Program-made: the position numbers and the translations under genes
Assembly (NCBI RefSeq): GCF_033153115.1
Contig: NW_026889778.1
Span: 4,464,001-4,528,000 of the forward strand
DNA length: 64,000 bases
Direction: 5' to 3'
From: Saccostrea echinata
Taxonomy: Eukaryota
Shown here: piece after piece, positions 39,401 to 52,646 of the stretch
Numbering within the stretch: the stretch's first letter is position 1
How the letters are laid out: each line of letters opens with the position of its first letter
The notes under the pieces: model-generated
What the model was told of the DNA's origin: nothing
The model's database searches: none
What the model saw: only the letters and a program-made list of their open reading frames with translations

Positions 39401-42122
39401 GGCAGCCGTCCATAGAGAAAACAACAAAAGGTGATGGAGGGAAGGTTGTTACAATGAAAACTGTGCCAAATAATTTAACTTTGTATTCTGTAAACAAGAT
39501 ATCTCTCTAGTTTGAAGAAATACATGTATCTTTTTTGTTCAAATGTGTAGGAGATATCTCTCTACAACGAGATATCCCATAGCTTAAAAGATACATTTCG
39601 TTGCGTTTTGATACTTTCTGACGGAATTACGTCTCCTCCCACGCACCTTTTTCGCATTAGTCATTTAATGGAAAACTGAATTTTGAATACTGATTTTAAA
39701 TCATATATATTTCAGAACACAAAGAAAAGCATGCTACAGGGGCTGACAAATAGATTTTTCAAGTACTTGCCCCACCTGAATTTCTACTTGCCCCACCATA
39801 AACTATGAAAAGTAGGAAGATAAAAAAAATGATTATTACAAGTGCCCATTTCCACTTAAAACTAAGACTTATTATATTTTTCTTCAGAAAGTCACTTGCC
39901 CTCGGGCAAGTGGTTAATAAAAATTCCCTTGCCCATCCCCAAAATTCACTAGTCCCGGGCGTTGGGCAATGGGATTTGTCAGCCCCTGCATGCTTTTCTC
40001 TAATTTTAGAAACGATTCAGCTTTTAAGGAAAGACACTGTAACAATATATGTTCAGTTACTTGTTATTTAACCATTTTAAAAACCAACTGAATTATTGAC
40101 ATCTTCTTCTATAAAGCAGGACACAATGATATTTATTGTCCTTATTTACAACATTTTATCACTCAATATACAAAGGTAGATAATGGTTCATGTTTATTTG
40201 GATTCAGTTAGGTAAAGAATACAAATACAACAAACATTTTGAGAGTACATGTATTTCAATAAGCATGCAATACTGAGTCCTCTAAGCGTCGAAAAAGGTC
40301 CATAAAGGTCGATTTGTCACATGAGATATATCTATTAAAAATATGTATCTTTCAGAATACAAGAGCTGTCTGTTTCTAATTTTCATTTAGAAATATCTGT
40401 TATTGTAAAAGAAATATCTCTTTGAAAGTATTTTTCAAGTTAAAAGAGTTATCTTTTGTCTCTTATGGCAAAAGAGGTAAGTCTATAGGAGAAAGGGATC
40501 TCTTATAGCTAATGAGACATCTTTGTTCGAGAGGTATCATTTAAGGAAAAAAGGATATCTCTTTTAACTAGACAGGATTCCTATTTTAATAAGACATTGT
40601 AAAAATCAAACAGAGACTGCATTCTAATCAATAATGATGTAAAACGTGATTTCCAAAACAAAGTAGCCAATAAATGCGATATGTATGCACGAATGTCTTT
40701 AGAAAGTGTAAATGAAAGAATAACAATTTTAAAATTACAGTGGAATGGTATTTTGGTCTGACTTCATCATGTTCATAGCATTTAATCACAGAACAAAGTA
40801 AAAAGTCCATTTCGTATGTAAGCAGTGAAACGTTCTCATCAACCCATGTTATTTATTTTTTCAATTATTTTTTATAAATTTTCACAATAGATAAAGCTGA
40901 TGTCAATGAATCAAAGAAATAAATTCTCAAAACCGCTGCCTTTTTTTTTTTTTAGGTTTTCTAAGTTTATAGGGTTCAGAAACCTAACGTTCTGGCAATA
41001 TGTGCAATGTCCAAAACTTTTGTAATGTGGGCAATATATCAAGAACCACTTAACCATTTTTTTTTTTTAAATTCAGAGGATATTTTGGCCAAGAGCTTCC
41101 CTTTAGACTAAAAATAGAGTTTAACCTTAAAAAAAAGGGGGGGGGGGTTACTAAGGGAAATGTTAAAAAGTAGTAGTTGCTTAAGAAATCTCAAGAACCA
41201 CAGGGAAGATTTCTACACAACTGATACATAAAAATGAGGATACAGGTGTATATTGTAGATTAAAAATTATTCAAGACATCACCCATAGGCAAATGACGTG
41301 GTCTCCAGGTCACTTCAAAATTGACCCCAAATAAAGTTTTGTTGAACCTTTGATTATTTGCCTACTTTGAAGACAGGATCATCAAATTTTGTCAATCGGT
41401 ACCTCACAGGACTTCGGAATATTTCTGCCTAAAAGTAGATTACGGTGACCTACTTTACGAGTATCTCATTTTCCTATTGATTAGATATATATCTTATATA
41501 CTGTAAAGCTTAGGATCTTCAAACATCATCATTTGATGCAACTTAAGACCCAGGACCTCTTACTCTGTTTCTTAACTTTTTTTAAAAATAAAAATAATTT
41601 CTTGTAAAATCCTACATCAGATAATCCACAAAGGTATCCAATGATTTCTAAAGTATGGAAGAGTAATCCTTTTCACGATTCTGTAACTATTGTCCTTGTG
41701 GACAGGTCTCGCTTCAACACTGGCAATGAAATATTTATTAACTATATACCTTATACATGTATTCTTAGATTAACTTAGACAAAAATTAATATTTTATATA
41801 AATTTACTCTGGAAAGACGACTTGATTGTGGTATGAACTATTTGAATGGTATCTTGTTCTATACCCTTTATATGTAGAGGGATTACTCACGATTGAAGGT
41901 ATAATACAGTTATTGCCATTTTTACAGATAAACGGCACTGTTAAGAGTGTTCATGCAGCAAGCCCCGGGGAGGGAATCTGCAAAATGGCGAAGGAAGTGG
42001 AGGCTGATTTGATCATCACCGGAACTCGTGGTATGGGGACTATTCGGCGTACGTTATTGGGGAGTGTCAGTGACTATATTCTACACCACGCCCACGTGCC
42101 CGTCATTGTGTGCCGTGATTAA
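36420..42122 (+). CDS. Universal stress protein (USP, ATP-binding MJ0577-type), 4 exons, 159 aa
   Basis: Exons 36420-36501 (MAEEEGKTGKTVLIAIDGSEHAKKAFE), 37867-37962, 39291-39397 and 41928-42122. GT-AG introns, total 480 nt; G-x2-G-x9-GS motif GTRGMGTIRRTLLGSVSDY...PVIVC. Confidence 0.92.
39737..39988. mobile_element. Intronic MITE
   Basis: CAGGGGCTGACAAAT...ATTTGTCAGCCCCTG TIRs; CATGCT-like direct repeats on both flanks. Confidence 0.7.
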
Positions 42123-42485
42123 ATCCGAACATTTTAGAATTATATTAGATAAATAACGGAAATAAGAATATTTAATATTCAAATGTACAAGTTGATAACC
42201 AGATAGATGCGAATGTGCCATATACATGTACTTTAATTAGATATCTGTGAGAATGTATACTGGTGGTGTTAATTTTTTTCTGTGTGTTACATTTGTATAA
42301 GTTTTAGAATTGTAAACCGTTATGTTGAGGTCAGATTCTGTATGTTCTAAATTCATTTAATGAAAATACAATAAATATAAATAGCTCACTCTGATTGATT
42401 CTTATCAAATTTACATTAAGGATCATTGATACTCTGGTGAAAGAGACAACTCTTAATGACATAATTATTTACATTTCAAAATATT

Positions 42486-42995
42486 TCTCCTTTTCAATCG
42501 CCAACTTCCCTTATTTATGCAGCAATATACGCTTATCACCTGCATACGGGGTTTATATCTCTCAGTTGATTCGATACGCCAGAGCATGCTCTACTATGAA
42601 CAATTTCTAAAACGAGGTAAGTTATTGACAAACAAGTTGATGAAACAAGAATATCAGCAGTCTCCTTGAAAGTCATCATTTCGTAAGTTCTATGGTCGAT
42701 ACAATCACCTTGTCAGCAAATACAATCTATCATTAAGTCAAATGCTGACTGACTTTTTTCATACTACATGTATTTGTTAGGCCATTATTTACAAACTGCA
42801 TTGTCGACGGATTTTTTCCGTTATTTCCCGATCATGACAAGGAGCACACGGCGGATGTGACCGGTCGGCAGGGGATGCTCACTCCTCCACGGCACACCTC
42901 TGATGTCTTAGAGGTCCGTGTTTGCTCTGCTCTTATTTTGTAATGTTTAATGGACGTGAGAGCTCGAATACTGTTCGTTATCTCCACATACTTCA
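42486..42995 (+). mobile_element. Penelope-like (Naiad-type) 3' fragment
   Basis: FSIANFPYLCSNIRLSPAYGVYISQLIRYARACS plus the conserved 3' UTR; close match to 8665-9170. Confidence 0.85.
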
Positions 42996-43066
42996 TCCTT
43001 ATAAGATTCTTTGCAAATTAGAAAAAGTTCATGTTCTCATGAACTACCGTGGGATGAGTAAGAATA

Positions 43067-44237
43067 TTTATGCCCCGCCATGAATATGGCCGGGGCATAT
43101 AGTGTTTGTCATGTCCGTCTTCCGTCCTTCTGTCTGTCTTTCCGTCACGCTTTGCGTTAAGCTCTGTTCAAAGCTCAGTTTCAAAGAAACTATCCAAGAT
43201 ATTTTTATCAAACTTCATATGCTGATAGATATTGATGAGAGCTATACAACTGCATCATCATTTTTTGACCTTGTCCTTTCCTTTGACCTTGACCTCACTT
43301 TTTTAAATTAGTGTTTAGCTCAGTTTTAATGAAATCATTCAAGATATTTTTATCAAACTTCATATGCTGATACATACTGAATGAGAGCTATTCAACTGCA
43401 TCAATATTTTTTTTACCTTGACCTTTCCTTTGACATTGACTTCACTTTTCTTAAATTAGTGTTTAGCTCAGTTTTAAAGATACCATTCAATACATTGTTA
43501 TCAAACTTCAGATGTTGATACATACTGATGAGAGCTATTCAACTGCATCAAAATTTTTTTACCTTGGCCATCCTTCGACCTTTGACCTCACTTTTCTTAA
43601 ATTAGTGTCAGACTTCATATGCTGATACATACTGATGTAAGCTATTCAAATGCATCAATATTTTTTACCTTGACCTTTCCTTTGACCTTGACTTCACTTT
43701 TCTCAATTTGTGTTTAACTCAGTTTTAAAGAAAACATTCATAATATTTTTATCAAACTTCATTTGCTAATACATGCTGATGTAACCTTTTCAACTGCATC
43801 AATATTTTTTGACCTTGGCCTTTCCTTTGACCTTAACTTCATTTATTTTAAATTAATGTTTAGCTCAGTTTTAAATAAACCATTCAAAATATTTTTATTA
43901 AACTTAAATATGCTGATAAGTATTTGTGAGAAGTATTCAACTGCATCAAAAACATTTGACCTTGAAACTTCCTGTGACCTTGACCTCACTTTTCTTAGTT
44001 TGCATTTTGCTTAATTTTAAAGAAATCATTTAAGATATATTTATGTAAGTTTATGCACTTATACATAATTTGGTGAGAATTTATCATCTATATCCAACTT
44101 CTCAGATTTTAATTTCAATTTTAAAGAAACTATTCAAGATATTCTCATGAAATTTCGTACACTAATACAAATTTTCATGTTGCATTACTAATATACCCTC
44201 GGCGGGGCATTCATGTCCTATGGACATATTTCTAGTT
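43067..44237 (+). mobile_element. Complete HINE/DINE-1-like element with internal ~140-bp tandem repeats
   Basis: 5' tttatgccccgcc...ggggcata, GTCY microsatellite, about 6-7 copies of the ...gaccttgacctcac... unit, 3' ggcggggcat + hairpin atgtcc-tat-ggacat + ttctagtt. Confidence 0.8.
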
Positions 44238-45148
44238 CCATTATGATGTGATTGAAGTAAAAAAATAGTGCAAACTTTTTTTTCAAAAATGATCTTTGAA
44301 TGACAAAAATATGTGGCAAGTCATCAGAAAACTAATGTAAATATAAGATATGAATATAATATTTGAGAATTCATAAAGTACATGAACTACAACCTTCACG
44401 CCTGCATATTTATCATGAAGCGCTAACGCGCTTCATGAAATACGCAGGCGTGAAGAGTCGCATGAGTTCTCAAAAATTAAAAAAATTAAATTCATCTCTT
44501 AAATATCTATCATTCTTTATAAATCCGTCAACTTTAAATGTCTTTTCTCCGCAGCAAGCTATGTTAAAATTGTTACTTACCAAATACATTTTTTTTTAAT
44601 CATAAGCGTTAAAGGAACATTTTATATGAGAGATCAGGGGAATGTAAACCTACTACATCCAGCGGTTGGTAAAGATAAAGAAGGAAACTTATCAATTTTA
44701 ATTTATTAAGGTGCCTGAAAAAGTTTCTATCTTTACTCCTTTATATCTAGCATGCAAGTTTTGTGAACAGTAAATCGATTTTTTCGGGAGCTTTCTGCTA
44801 AAACTCATCATTACTTGGCACGGCGCTTCACACTTCAAAGTCCAAGTATGTGTGCAATTGGATAAAGAGAAATTGATCGACCCTCTAAGTTAACCATGCA
44901 TAATTTATGCAGCTTCGATATTTACACTCTACTTTTTACATAAGAGACCAACAGATCTGTCCATTTGTGACAAGATTTTTTTGTGTGTATTTTGCTGAGA
45001 CGATAACTTATTACAGTGGTTAACTAATTGAAAAATATTTGGATTGTGACTGTTTTTGATAAAAAAAATTATGAAAGCAATGTTAATATAAATCTTAGTT
45101 CTGAAAAACAGATAAGCGAATGCTTGTGCCTTGAAAATAGGTTTTCAC

Positions 45149-45642
45149 TTGGTTCAATGTTTCTAAGACCTTGGTTCAGTGTTACTAAGACCTTGGTTCA
45201 GTGTTACTAAGACATTGGTTCAGTGTTACTTAGACATTGGTTCAGTGTTACTAAGACATTGGTTCAGTGTTTCTAAGACCTTGGTTCGGTGTTACTAAGA
45301 CATTGGTTCAGTCTTAAGACATTGGTTCAGTGTTTCTAAGACCTTGCATAATTGGTTCAGTGTTACTAAGACATTGGTTCAGTGTTACTAAGACATTGGT
45401 TCAGTGTTACTAAGACATTGGTTCAGTGTTTCTAAGACCTTGGTTCAGTGTTACTAAGACATTGGTTCAGTGTTTCTAAGACCTTGGTTCAGTGTTGCTA
45501 AGACATTAGTTCAGTGTTACTAAGACCTTGGTTCAGTGTTACTAAGACATTGGTTCAGTGTTACTAAGACATTGGTTCAGTGTTTCTAAGACCTTGGTTC
45601 AGTGTCTTGTTAAGACATTGGTTCAGTGTTACTAAGACCTTG
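45149..45642. repeat. 22-bp minisatellite (TTGGTTCAGTGTTACTAAGACA), ~22 copies
   Basis: Contiguous units with no spacers. Confidence 0.95.
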
Positions 45643-46821
45643 TCCAATTGTATTTTTTTGCAGTCAATACAGCTAGTAAATAAATGATTCAACTAAAAGT
45701 GAAGGTTAGGCAATCTGAACATATTAAGTAGATATCATTAAAAAGGTTTATATGGGTTTTCCTGTCTGTACTTTTTCCATTTGTAAAAATCTATAAAATG
45801 ATCACATTTCATTTGCCCTGAGTTAACCAAGATGAGTGTCCGAGATACGCGCTTCAAAATCTGTCTTTGAAATTTACCCCACCTCTGATGATTTTTCGAT
45901 GAAATCCTGGCTTCCGATTGGTTGAAGTCTGACACGTGAAGGGGGTGTATAACTTATACCCAGTCGCTTGAAAATCAATACATGGTTGATGCGGAGTTAT
46001 CGTTCTTTTGTAACACTTCGAACAACTCGAGTTCACGAGGTTTGATAAGTAAAAAGATGATAAGTAAAAAGTTAATCAACGCAAGTAACGAGATGGAACC
46101 CTTTTCTCACTTTAGTAAAGTCTTCCAAACTGTCAGTACGTTATGAAACACTCGCAAAACAACATTACGCAACACAACGTGACGTCATAATAGGCATTGT
46201 ATGATTGATGAAACATATAGCGAAGAAAAACAATTTTACAAACCACTGATCTCAAACATTTCATCGGTGGGGTAAATTCGTTACATAGTTTTGTAGTGAC
46301 AGGGTAGGGGATGATACCTGGTTAGTAAATTTCATACCTGGCGAGGCGAAGCCATTCGGTATTTAGATAATTGTACGACGTTTTATTAATTAACAATTTT
46401 TACTACCATTTATATGTCGACTCGATATATCCCAATATTTACATTTGCAAATGTTTTCCTTTATATAACACTATTAAAAGCAATGTGTATCTATATCCGT
46501 ATAAACACGGGTTTTTCGCGTCATAAACGTTCGACGTAATTTCTCAGTGACGTCATAAAGGGTCGACGCGCAATCAATAGATCAAACTTGTGCCGTTGAG
46601 TTTGAAAAAATAAAACATTTCACGCGTTAAAGGTTATAATCAGGCTAATAAATAATATGAATAAGTCACAAATGTAAATATAAGTAATAAGGTATCATTT
46701 TAAAACATCTATCGGATATAAATACGGGTTGGTACGAGATCAAATTTACCATAAAGCCCTTCGGGCTTTATGGAATTTGATCTCGTGACCAACCTGTATT
46801 TATATCCCGATAGATGTTTAA

Positions 46822-47670
46822 CGTAGGTCGCGGGTTTGCTGACGTCGTTAAAACTGGGTACGCAATTTATATGATTTGGACGACTTTCTTGTGCACATTT
46901 GATTATGAAGTCACAATGAAAAAGAAATCTGCGATGATTTTTGTTTTATTAAATTCTTCAGTATATCATTATTTAGCTATAACTTCTCTTAGAATTGGTA
47001 GTTTAGTGTTATATTATTTAAGCAACAAGTTATCACAAATAATGAAGGCTTTTTACGATTTGTATAGTCGATATAATACTTAGATAAAACTTTTGTTGGA
47101 ATTGGTAATTTGGTGAAGAAGGCTTATTACGATTCAAATGATCGACTTGAAATATTAAAAAAAAAGTTTAATTATTTGTTATCAATCGCATCTTCTCGGG
47201 CCTTTCCTCCAAGCGTGGAAAAACAAGTGGTTGTTTTTCTCCTTGTCGGAAAGGCCCGAGAAATTGCGATGGATTTGTTTTCACTAGGTATCGCGAAACG
47301 ATATGGACACAAGGTTCAACTGACCTTTTTTCCTTTGATCGTATATGAATTATAAATTTGTTTTATTAAGAAAGAAGCCATTATTTTATAAAAAAAATCG
47401 CAAATATACCTGTGACATCAAAAAATTAAGCTTTATTTTTAAACAGGATATTTTTTTTTTTACATATATAGATGTACAAGTTTAAATTAAATACTGCTAA
47501 GGTACGATGAAACATTAAGGCAATTTTTTAGCGACACTGACCTCCGGTTAGGAGACAACTATTTAATTCTGAGGGAGAGGGGGGTGGGTGGGTTGGGGGT
47601 TGGTGGTGGCAAATTTTAGGCGAGTCAGATTGTTTATTTTCATGTCGGTGAAGGACAGATTATTTATTTC

Positions 47671-47703
<33 letters not shown>

Positions 47704-49095
47704 AAGGACAGATTATTTATTTCTTCTTCACTGAAAAAAAGTCTGACAAGCAAAAAAAAAAAAAAAAAAAAAAAAAAGAAAAAGAAAAAAAGAAAATCAT
47801 CAAAGTTGAAAACTCCCATTGGAGGGGGGGGGGAGTGCTAGAACTAGTCTTGGACAGATTATTTATTTTCTTGCCCAGTCGAGGACAGATTATTTATTTT
47901 CAACATTTTCGAGGGCAGATTATTTCCAAAATCTGTAAGCCCCCCATGAAATGATCGTCCCCTAAGCAACAGCTTGCACTGCTGTTACCTAAAGATTTTA
48001 TTCGCTACTTTGCTTTCCATGTCCAACAAGTAGAATTAATGTTCTAAAAAAAACTGGCTGTTGATTACGTCAGATAAAATTAATTTTTAAATCCTCGTCC
48101 CATTTACCCCTCTGAAAATGGGTATGTAAAAATAAATATTTTGTTTAGATATATACTGAAAATATATTGTATATGGCCGGGCCGATATTTGGCAGAAATT
48201 CGTAGATTTGAGCGCTTTGCTGAATGGTCTAAATAAAAACATTTTATATACTTGAATTAAAGGATCATGAATCCATACCGTTTTCCGCCAGCACGCTGGA
48301 AAAGAAAAATACCTAGCCAAATGTAAGGATACGTCTAATCTACGAAAAAAGCAAAACAAACAGAAAAGAAACGATAAGAAAACAACACATAAAGAAAGTA
48401 AATTGGAAGAAGGAAACTAAAGGATTGATTGTTGTTTTACGTCCCTTGCGAGAATTTTCACTAATATAAGACGTACAAAAAACCTAATCTGAAGAGAAAC
48501 ATGTCTAATAATCATTTCATTGATATTGAATTATTATGATACGATTCACGGGTCACTTGAAAGCAGATAAACGTGAATTTCTTTTTTATAAAAATTATTT
48601 TAGCTTATTTTTCTGCACTGAATACCGGATAGATATTCACGACGTCAAGCTTGACGTCGCGATATTTTATGACGTCGTTCTTAAAAATGATACATTTTGC
48701 GATATAAAAACAATTATCCACATTTAAATTAAGCGAAAACTAACCCGAAGACATATTAATTTTTTCACATTGACTTATTTCAAATCAATTCTTTGTTAAA
48801 ATACCAAAGGGAAAACAATTTCGTCTGCACCATTTAAAAGTTATTGATATTTTTTGAAACAAAATCTTGCCTCAAAATGAGCCGAAAACGACGTTTTCCT
48901 TATATAATTCAATAGAATAACGTCGAAAATGTAACGACAACAATGGCATGTTTGGGATTTAATTACACAAAAACGATGCAGACGAATTTTATAAAATTTT
49001 CAGAGAATATAAAACGAAGGTAGAGGATTCATATAACTAATTTTCATGGTATGTTTTCGGACACTTTTAAATGGCCTGCGAATCCGCGACCTACG
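46822..49095. mobile_element. Non-autonomous TTAA-targeting DNA transposon (Kolobok/piggyBac-like), inserted into a hairpin element and itself holding a MITE (~47549-47965)
   Basis: TTAA|CGTAGGTCGCGG...CCGCGACCTACG|TTAA. The interrupted hairpin (46680-46821) resumes at 49100 (tatgataccttatt). Confidence 0.7.
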
Positions 49096-49124
49096 TTAAA
49101 TATGATACCTTATTTCTTAAGGGA

Positions 49125-49730
49125 ATTCAAAATAAAAGACACCGCAGAGTCTGCCACATCTGTTCCATGAATGGATTTGTTACTGACTCATATAGAGGAT
49201 AACTAACAACTGAACTATGACAAACGGGATGACTTCAGTTTTTTCCATCGTTAACTTTCCTTATTTATGTAGTAGTACTTTACTATCACCTACATATGGT
49301 GTTTATGTGGTCCAACTTATTAGATACGCAAGATGATGCTATAAGTACGATCAATTTTTTAAACTGAGGCAGACTGCTTACGAATAAGTTGATGTTACAG
49401 GGATTTCAACAATCTCGTTTAAAATCAGCCTCTCTACAACTCTTTGCTTGTTATAATGACCGTGTTTGCAAACACAACTTACAATGTATCTTTGGGTCGT
49501 GTTACATACCAATTGGTAGGCCATTGTATTTTATAACTAAAGCTGACTACGGATTGCTACATAGGGCTCATGGCGGATGTGACAGGTCGACAGGGGATGC
49601 TTCCTCCTCCAAGGAATCTGATCCCACCTCTGAAAATTCAGAAGTCCGTGTTTTAAGCTGTGTTCAATATGTGTATCGTTTATAGTTTTTCTTAAAAATC
49701 GATCACTGTTCTTTATCTTCACTTCTTCCA
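49125..49730 (+). mobile_element. Penelope-like 3' fragment (second subfamily)
   Basis: IKDTAES, YDKRDDFSF, YGVYVVQLIRYAR, LQGFQQSRLKSA plus the conserved 3' element. Confidence 0.8.
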
Positions 49731-49791
49731 TTCAGTAAATCTTTTTGCATTTTCACATGTGTATGGATACTATATCTTAAGTGTTCAGCAT

Positions 49792-49822
<31 letters not shown>

Positions 49823-50892
49823 TACACCCCTCCCCTCACCCCACATAACTACGAGAAATATTTCCCTTCATAACACATTTTCAGAAAGAGAATAGAGTTC
49901 AAACGTCTATTTTATTTTATGATGCAACAGAAACATTAGTCTGTATACTGTTCGTAGAGCTAATTGATTTGTTTCATAATAAAAGGCATATTTTTTTTCT
50001 ATTCAAAATATATTTTCTGAATGTTTCTACAATGTACAACTGGATTGTCTTTTTTTTAAAAAGCATGATTTACATGTACATTAGTATATTACTAGTGAGC
50101 AGAAATTAGCAAACTCTGGTAACTCTCATAAGAAATTATTTCAAATATTATTAAACTGATCGTCTTCAAAGAAAATATTCTTGGCCTGTGGAAGAGATAA
50201 CCGACAATCACAACTGTTATCCCAAAGCAGATAATCAAATAAGTTTCTGAGTTCTGAAGCGACAATATCTGATACAAGTGAGTGTAAGTGTAATTTATAT
50301 AATGTTCTTTTTTCTAGCTATAACACCCCGGAAGTGGAAAGTGCAAATTATTCAGTCATTTTGGCTTCATTTTTAACATGAAAGTTTGATTAACATTTTC
50401 CATACTTTAAGGTCTGACGACACGTACTTCGAATATCTGTTTTTGCATTCCTTTGTAATATACCAAAAATCTTAATAATAATCATTATCTTTTGATTTCT
50501 AAACTAATTTCAAAATATCTGAAAAATATATAAAACGAAAATCAGGATATATCAGCAGTTCAAGTGATTTCCAGTAAAGGATAATATAGGAAATGCCATA
50601 CTCCAAAATCTTGCACGAATGCCTGGTAATATACCCCATTTTTGCGATGAAACTTGTTTAAGTAGCAATATTTCAATCACAAGTTCTTGGGAAATGTTAT
50701 ATATTTTGAGGAACGTTTCGTCTGACCGAAGTGATGAATTCTTTCAGATCCAATTTTTCTTACCTTGCATTAAAGGTAATGTTCAAATATTCCAGTTAAA
50801 GTTAGTAATATTTTAAGGCTTTTGATGCGATTGCATTCAATATATATGCAAGTATAAATTTCGTAAACAGGATATGTAAGTAGTATAAGAAG

Positions 50893-51025
50893 CCTGGATG
50901 GGTGGGTCAACTGAGTGCACTTTTGTCCCCCCAGATCCTGGATGGGTGGGTCAACTGAGTGCACTTTTGTCCCCCCAGATCCTGGATGGCTGGGTCTACT
51001 GAGTGCACATTTTGGTCCCCTGTAG
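50893..51025. repeat. Three 44-bp subterminal tandem repeats (probably inside the TIR)
   Basis: cctggatgggtgggtcaactgagtgcacttttgtccccccagat at 50893, 50937 and, diverged, 50981. Confidence 0.9.
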
Positions 51026-51069
51026 GAGATGAGTGGTTCAACACACACACACACCCTGGAAAAATCCAT

Positions 51070-51180
51070 AAATCGTGTGCAAAAGGGGTGTGTGTAAAAT
51101 CGCTGAGTCAGTAATACATAGGCAATACACAAACTTGGCATCGATTCAAATCACAGCTAGCTATGTATTGTGACGTCATG
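51070..51180. promoter_or_regulatory. Repeated enhancer module copy 1 (AP-1/ARE + CRE)
   Basis: gtgtgcaaaa...GCTGAGTCAG (51102)...ttggca...TGACGTCA (51171). Confidence 0.6.
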
Positions 51181-51287
51181 TGTCATTCACACAGAGCAAG
51201 CCTCTCTCTATTTTCTGAAAACGGAAAAAAAACAATAACACAGAAAAAAGTTTGTAAGATGATTTATTCAAAAAATGTACATAATTT

Positions 51288-51938
51288 TTACTTTTTCTTC
51301 TGGAGTTTCAGGGGCTGTTTCTCCTCCGTCTGGGTAGTAGTAGCAGGAAGTTTCCTCTTGTTGTTAACTGGAATTTTATCCTGTTGACTGGTCTTATGTT
51401 CCTGATGGGTGGTCTTGTTTTCTCCAGTTTTTCGACTTCTTTGACAAATTTCATACTGTCATTTGTACACTGATGGGCCCAATGTCCAAAATTTCCACAC
51501 TTGTAGCATTAGTTCTGTTTTTTTTCTGGGACAGTCCGGAGCCCAATGTCCTATCTCTTTACATATAAAACATGGGACTGTCTGTTTACTTTTCTTGGCA
51601 GCTCCTGTGTCTTCATTTTTCTGGTAGGAGTTTCCTCTCATTTTTTCTTCCATTCTAGCAACTTTAACTTCTAATCGGAACAATTTCCCACGTATCAAAC
51701 AAAATTCACTGGTGTTGTACTCTTTCAGTTGAGTCAGCATGTTAACAATGCCATCCAGAGTGGTGGTTAAGATGCCCATATCTTCCTTTGTCATGGGTTC
51801 TGGCATATTATAAAGTCCCAGATCAAATCCGATCGGATCCTGCGTGTCAGACATTGTCGGTAGAGCATATCCTAACCCTTCATTGCTAGCTGGAATATAA
51901 TTACGATTTTCCACGGAATTCATCATCGCCTGTGCCAT
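51288..51938 (-). pseudogene. Coiled-coil + twin CCHC zinc-knuckle protein, frameshifted
   Basis: CFICKEIGHWAPDC, then after a frameshift CYKCGNFGHWAHQC; probable basic C-terminus; TATA upstream and AATAAA downstream. Confidence 0.7.
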
Positions 51939-51999
51939 ATTACTACGTCTGTCAAGTTCGAAGTGCCCAGTAAGAATGATCCTAAATTTCCAGCTCTGG

Positions 52000-52200
52000 T
52001 TTATATACCCTTTTGGATTTCGTGTGCAAAAATATGTTTGAATTACGTTTTGTACCCTCGCGCTTAGCACCCTCTTTCGTTTTACCTACGTTTTGCTGAG
52101 TCAGTACATTATGGGTGTACGTACTGTGAACGTCTTGTATAGATACATGTTTTTGGTTTTTTTCCAACGGAGAACAGGGGTATAAATAAGAAAACATTTC
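52000..52200. promoter_or_regulatory. Divergent promoter with enhancer module copy 2
   Basis: GGGTATATAA (minus, ~52001-52010) and GGGTATAAAT (plus, ~52178) flank gtgtgcaaaa and TGCTGAGTCAG (52094). Confidence 0.65.
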
Positions 52201-52226
52201 TTGTCATTTCTTCACAATTGACTATC

Positions 52227-52646
52227 ATGTCAACACATAAACACACTCACTCTTTGGTGTTGGAAGGGTATGGTTTTTTAATGCGATGTATCGAGAAAAA
52301 TCAAGAAGCTTTACCCCCGGAGGCGGAACCAGTGTTCCAGAGAGCGACGACCATCATAGAAAACACTCAGGACTTGTGGTTACAATGCCTGGCTTTATTA
52401 CATCATCCGACAGTGGGGAGACTAGCGATTATACATTTCCTTTGTCAACGGATCAAAAAGACTCTACCAGAAAAAATGTACGGGATGAAAATGAGCGAAT
52501 ATTTAGGAAAACCTTACAGTTTCCTATGTCATCCCGAAGGGAGCAAAGTATTTGTACTCTGGAAGGAAATAGAAGCGGTAGAGAAAATATGCATCCAATA
52601 CGGGATGAAATATGTAGAAATTTCAGAAATGCTAAGAAATGTGTAA
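52227..52646 (+). CDS. Hypothetical Polinton accessory protein (139 aa)
   Basis: Intact ORF starting about 45 nt after a TATA box; globular composition. Confidence 0.55.
   Translation: MSTHKHTHSLVLEGYGFLMRCIEKNQEALPPEAEPVFQRATTIIENTQDLWLQCLALLHHPTVGRLAIIHFLCQRIKKTLPEKMYGMKMSEYLGKPYSFLCHPEGSKVFVLWKEIEAVEKICIQYGMKYVEISEMLRNV

Noticed and set aside
45149-45642. CRISPR-like array
   Set aside because: The 22-bp units are contiguous with no unique spacers, there are no cas genes and the context is eukaryotic; it is a minisatellite.
62-50816. Most 60-150 aa ORFs in the host region and antisense ORFs over Polinton genes
   Set aside because: They fall in repeats, introns or opposite real genes, have AT-biased composition and show no motifs.
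51288-52070. LTR retrotransposon gag
   Set aside because: No LTRs, PBS or pol; the gene has the same TATA/enhancer layout as its Polinton neighbours.
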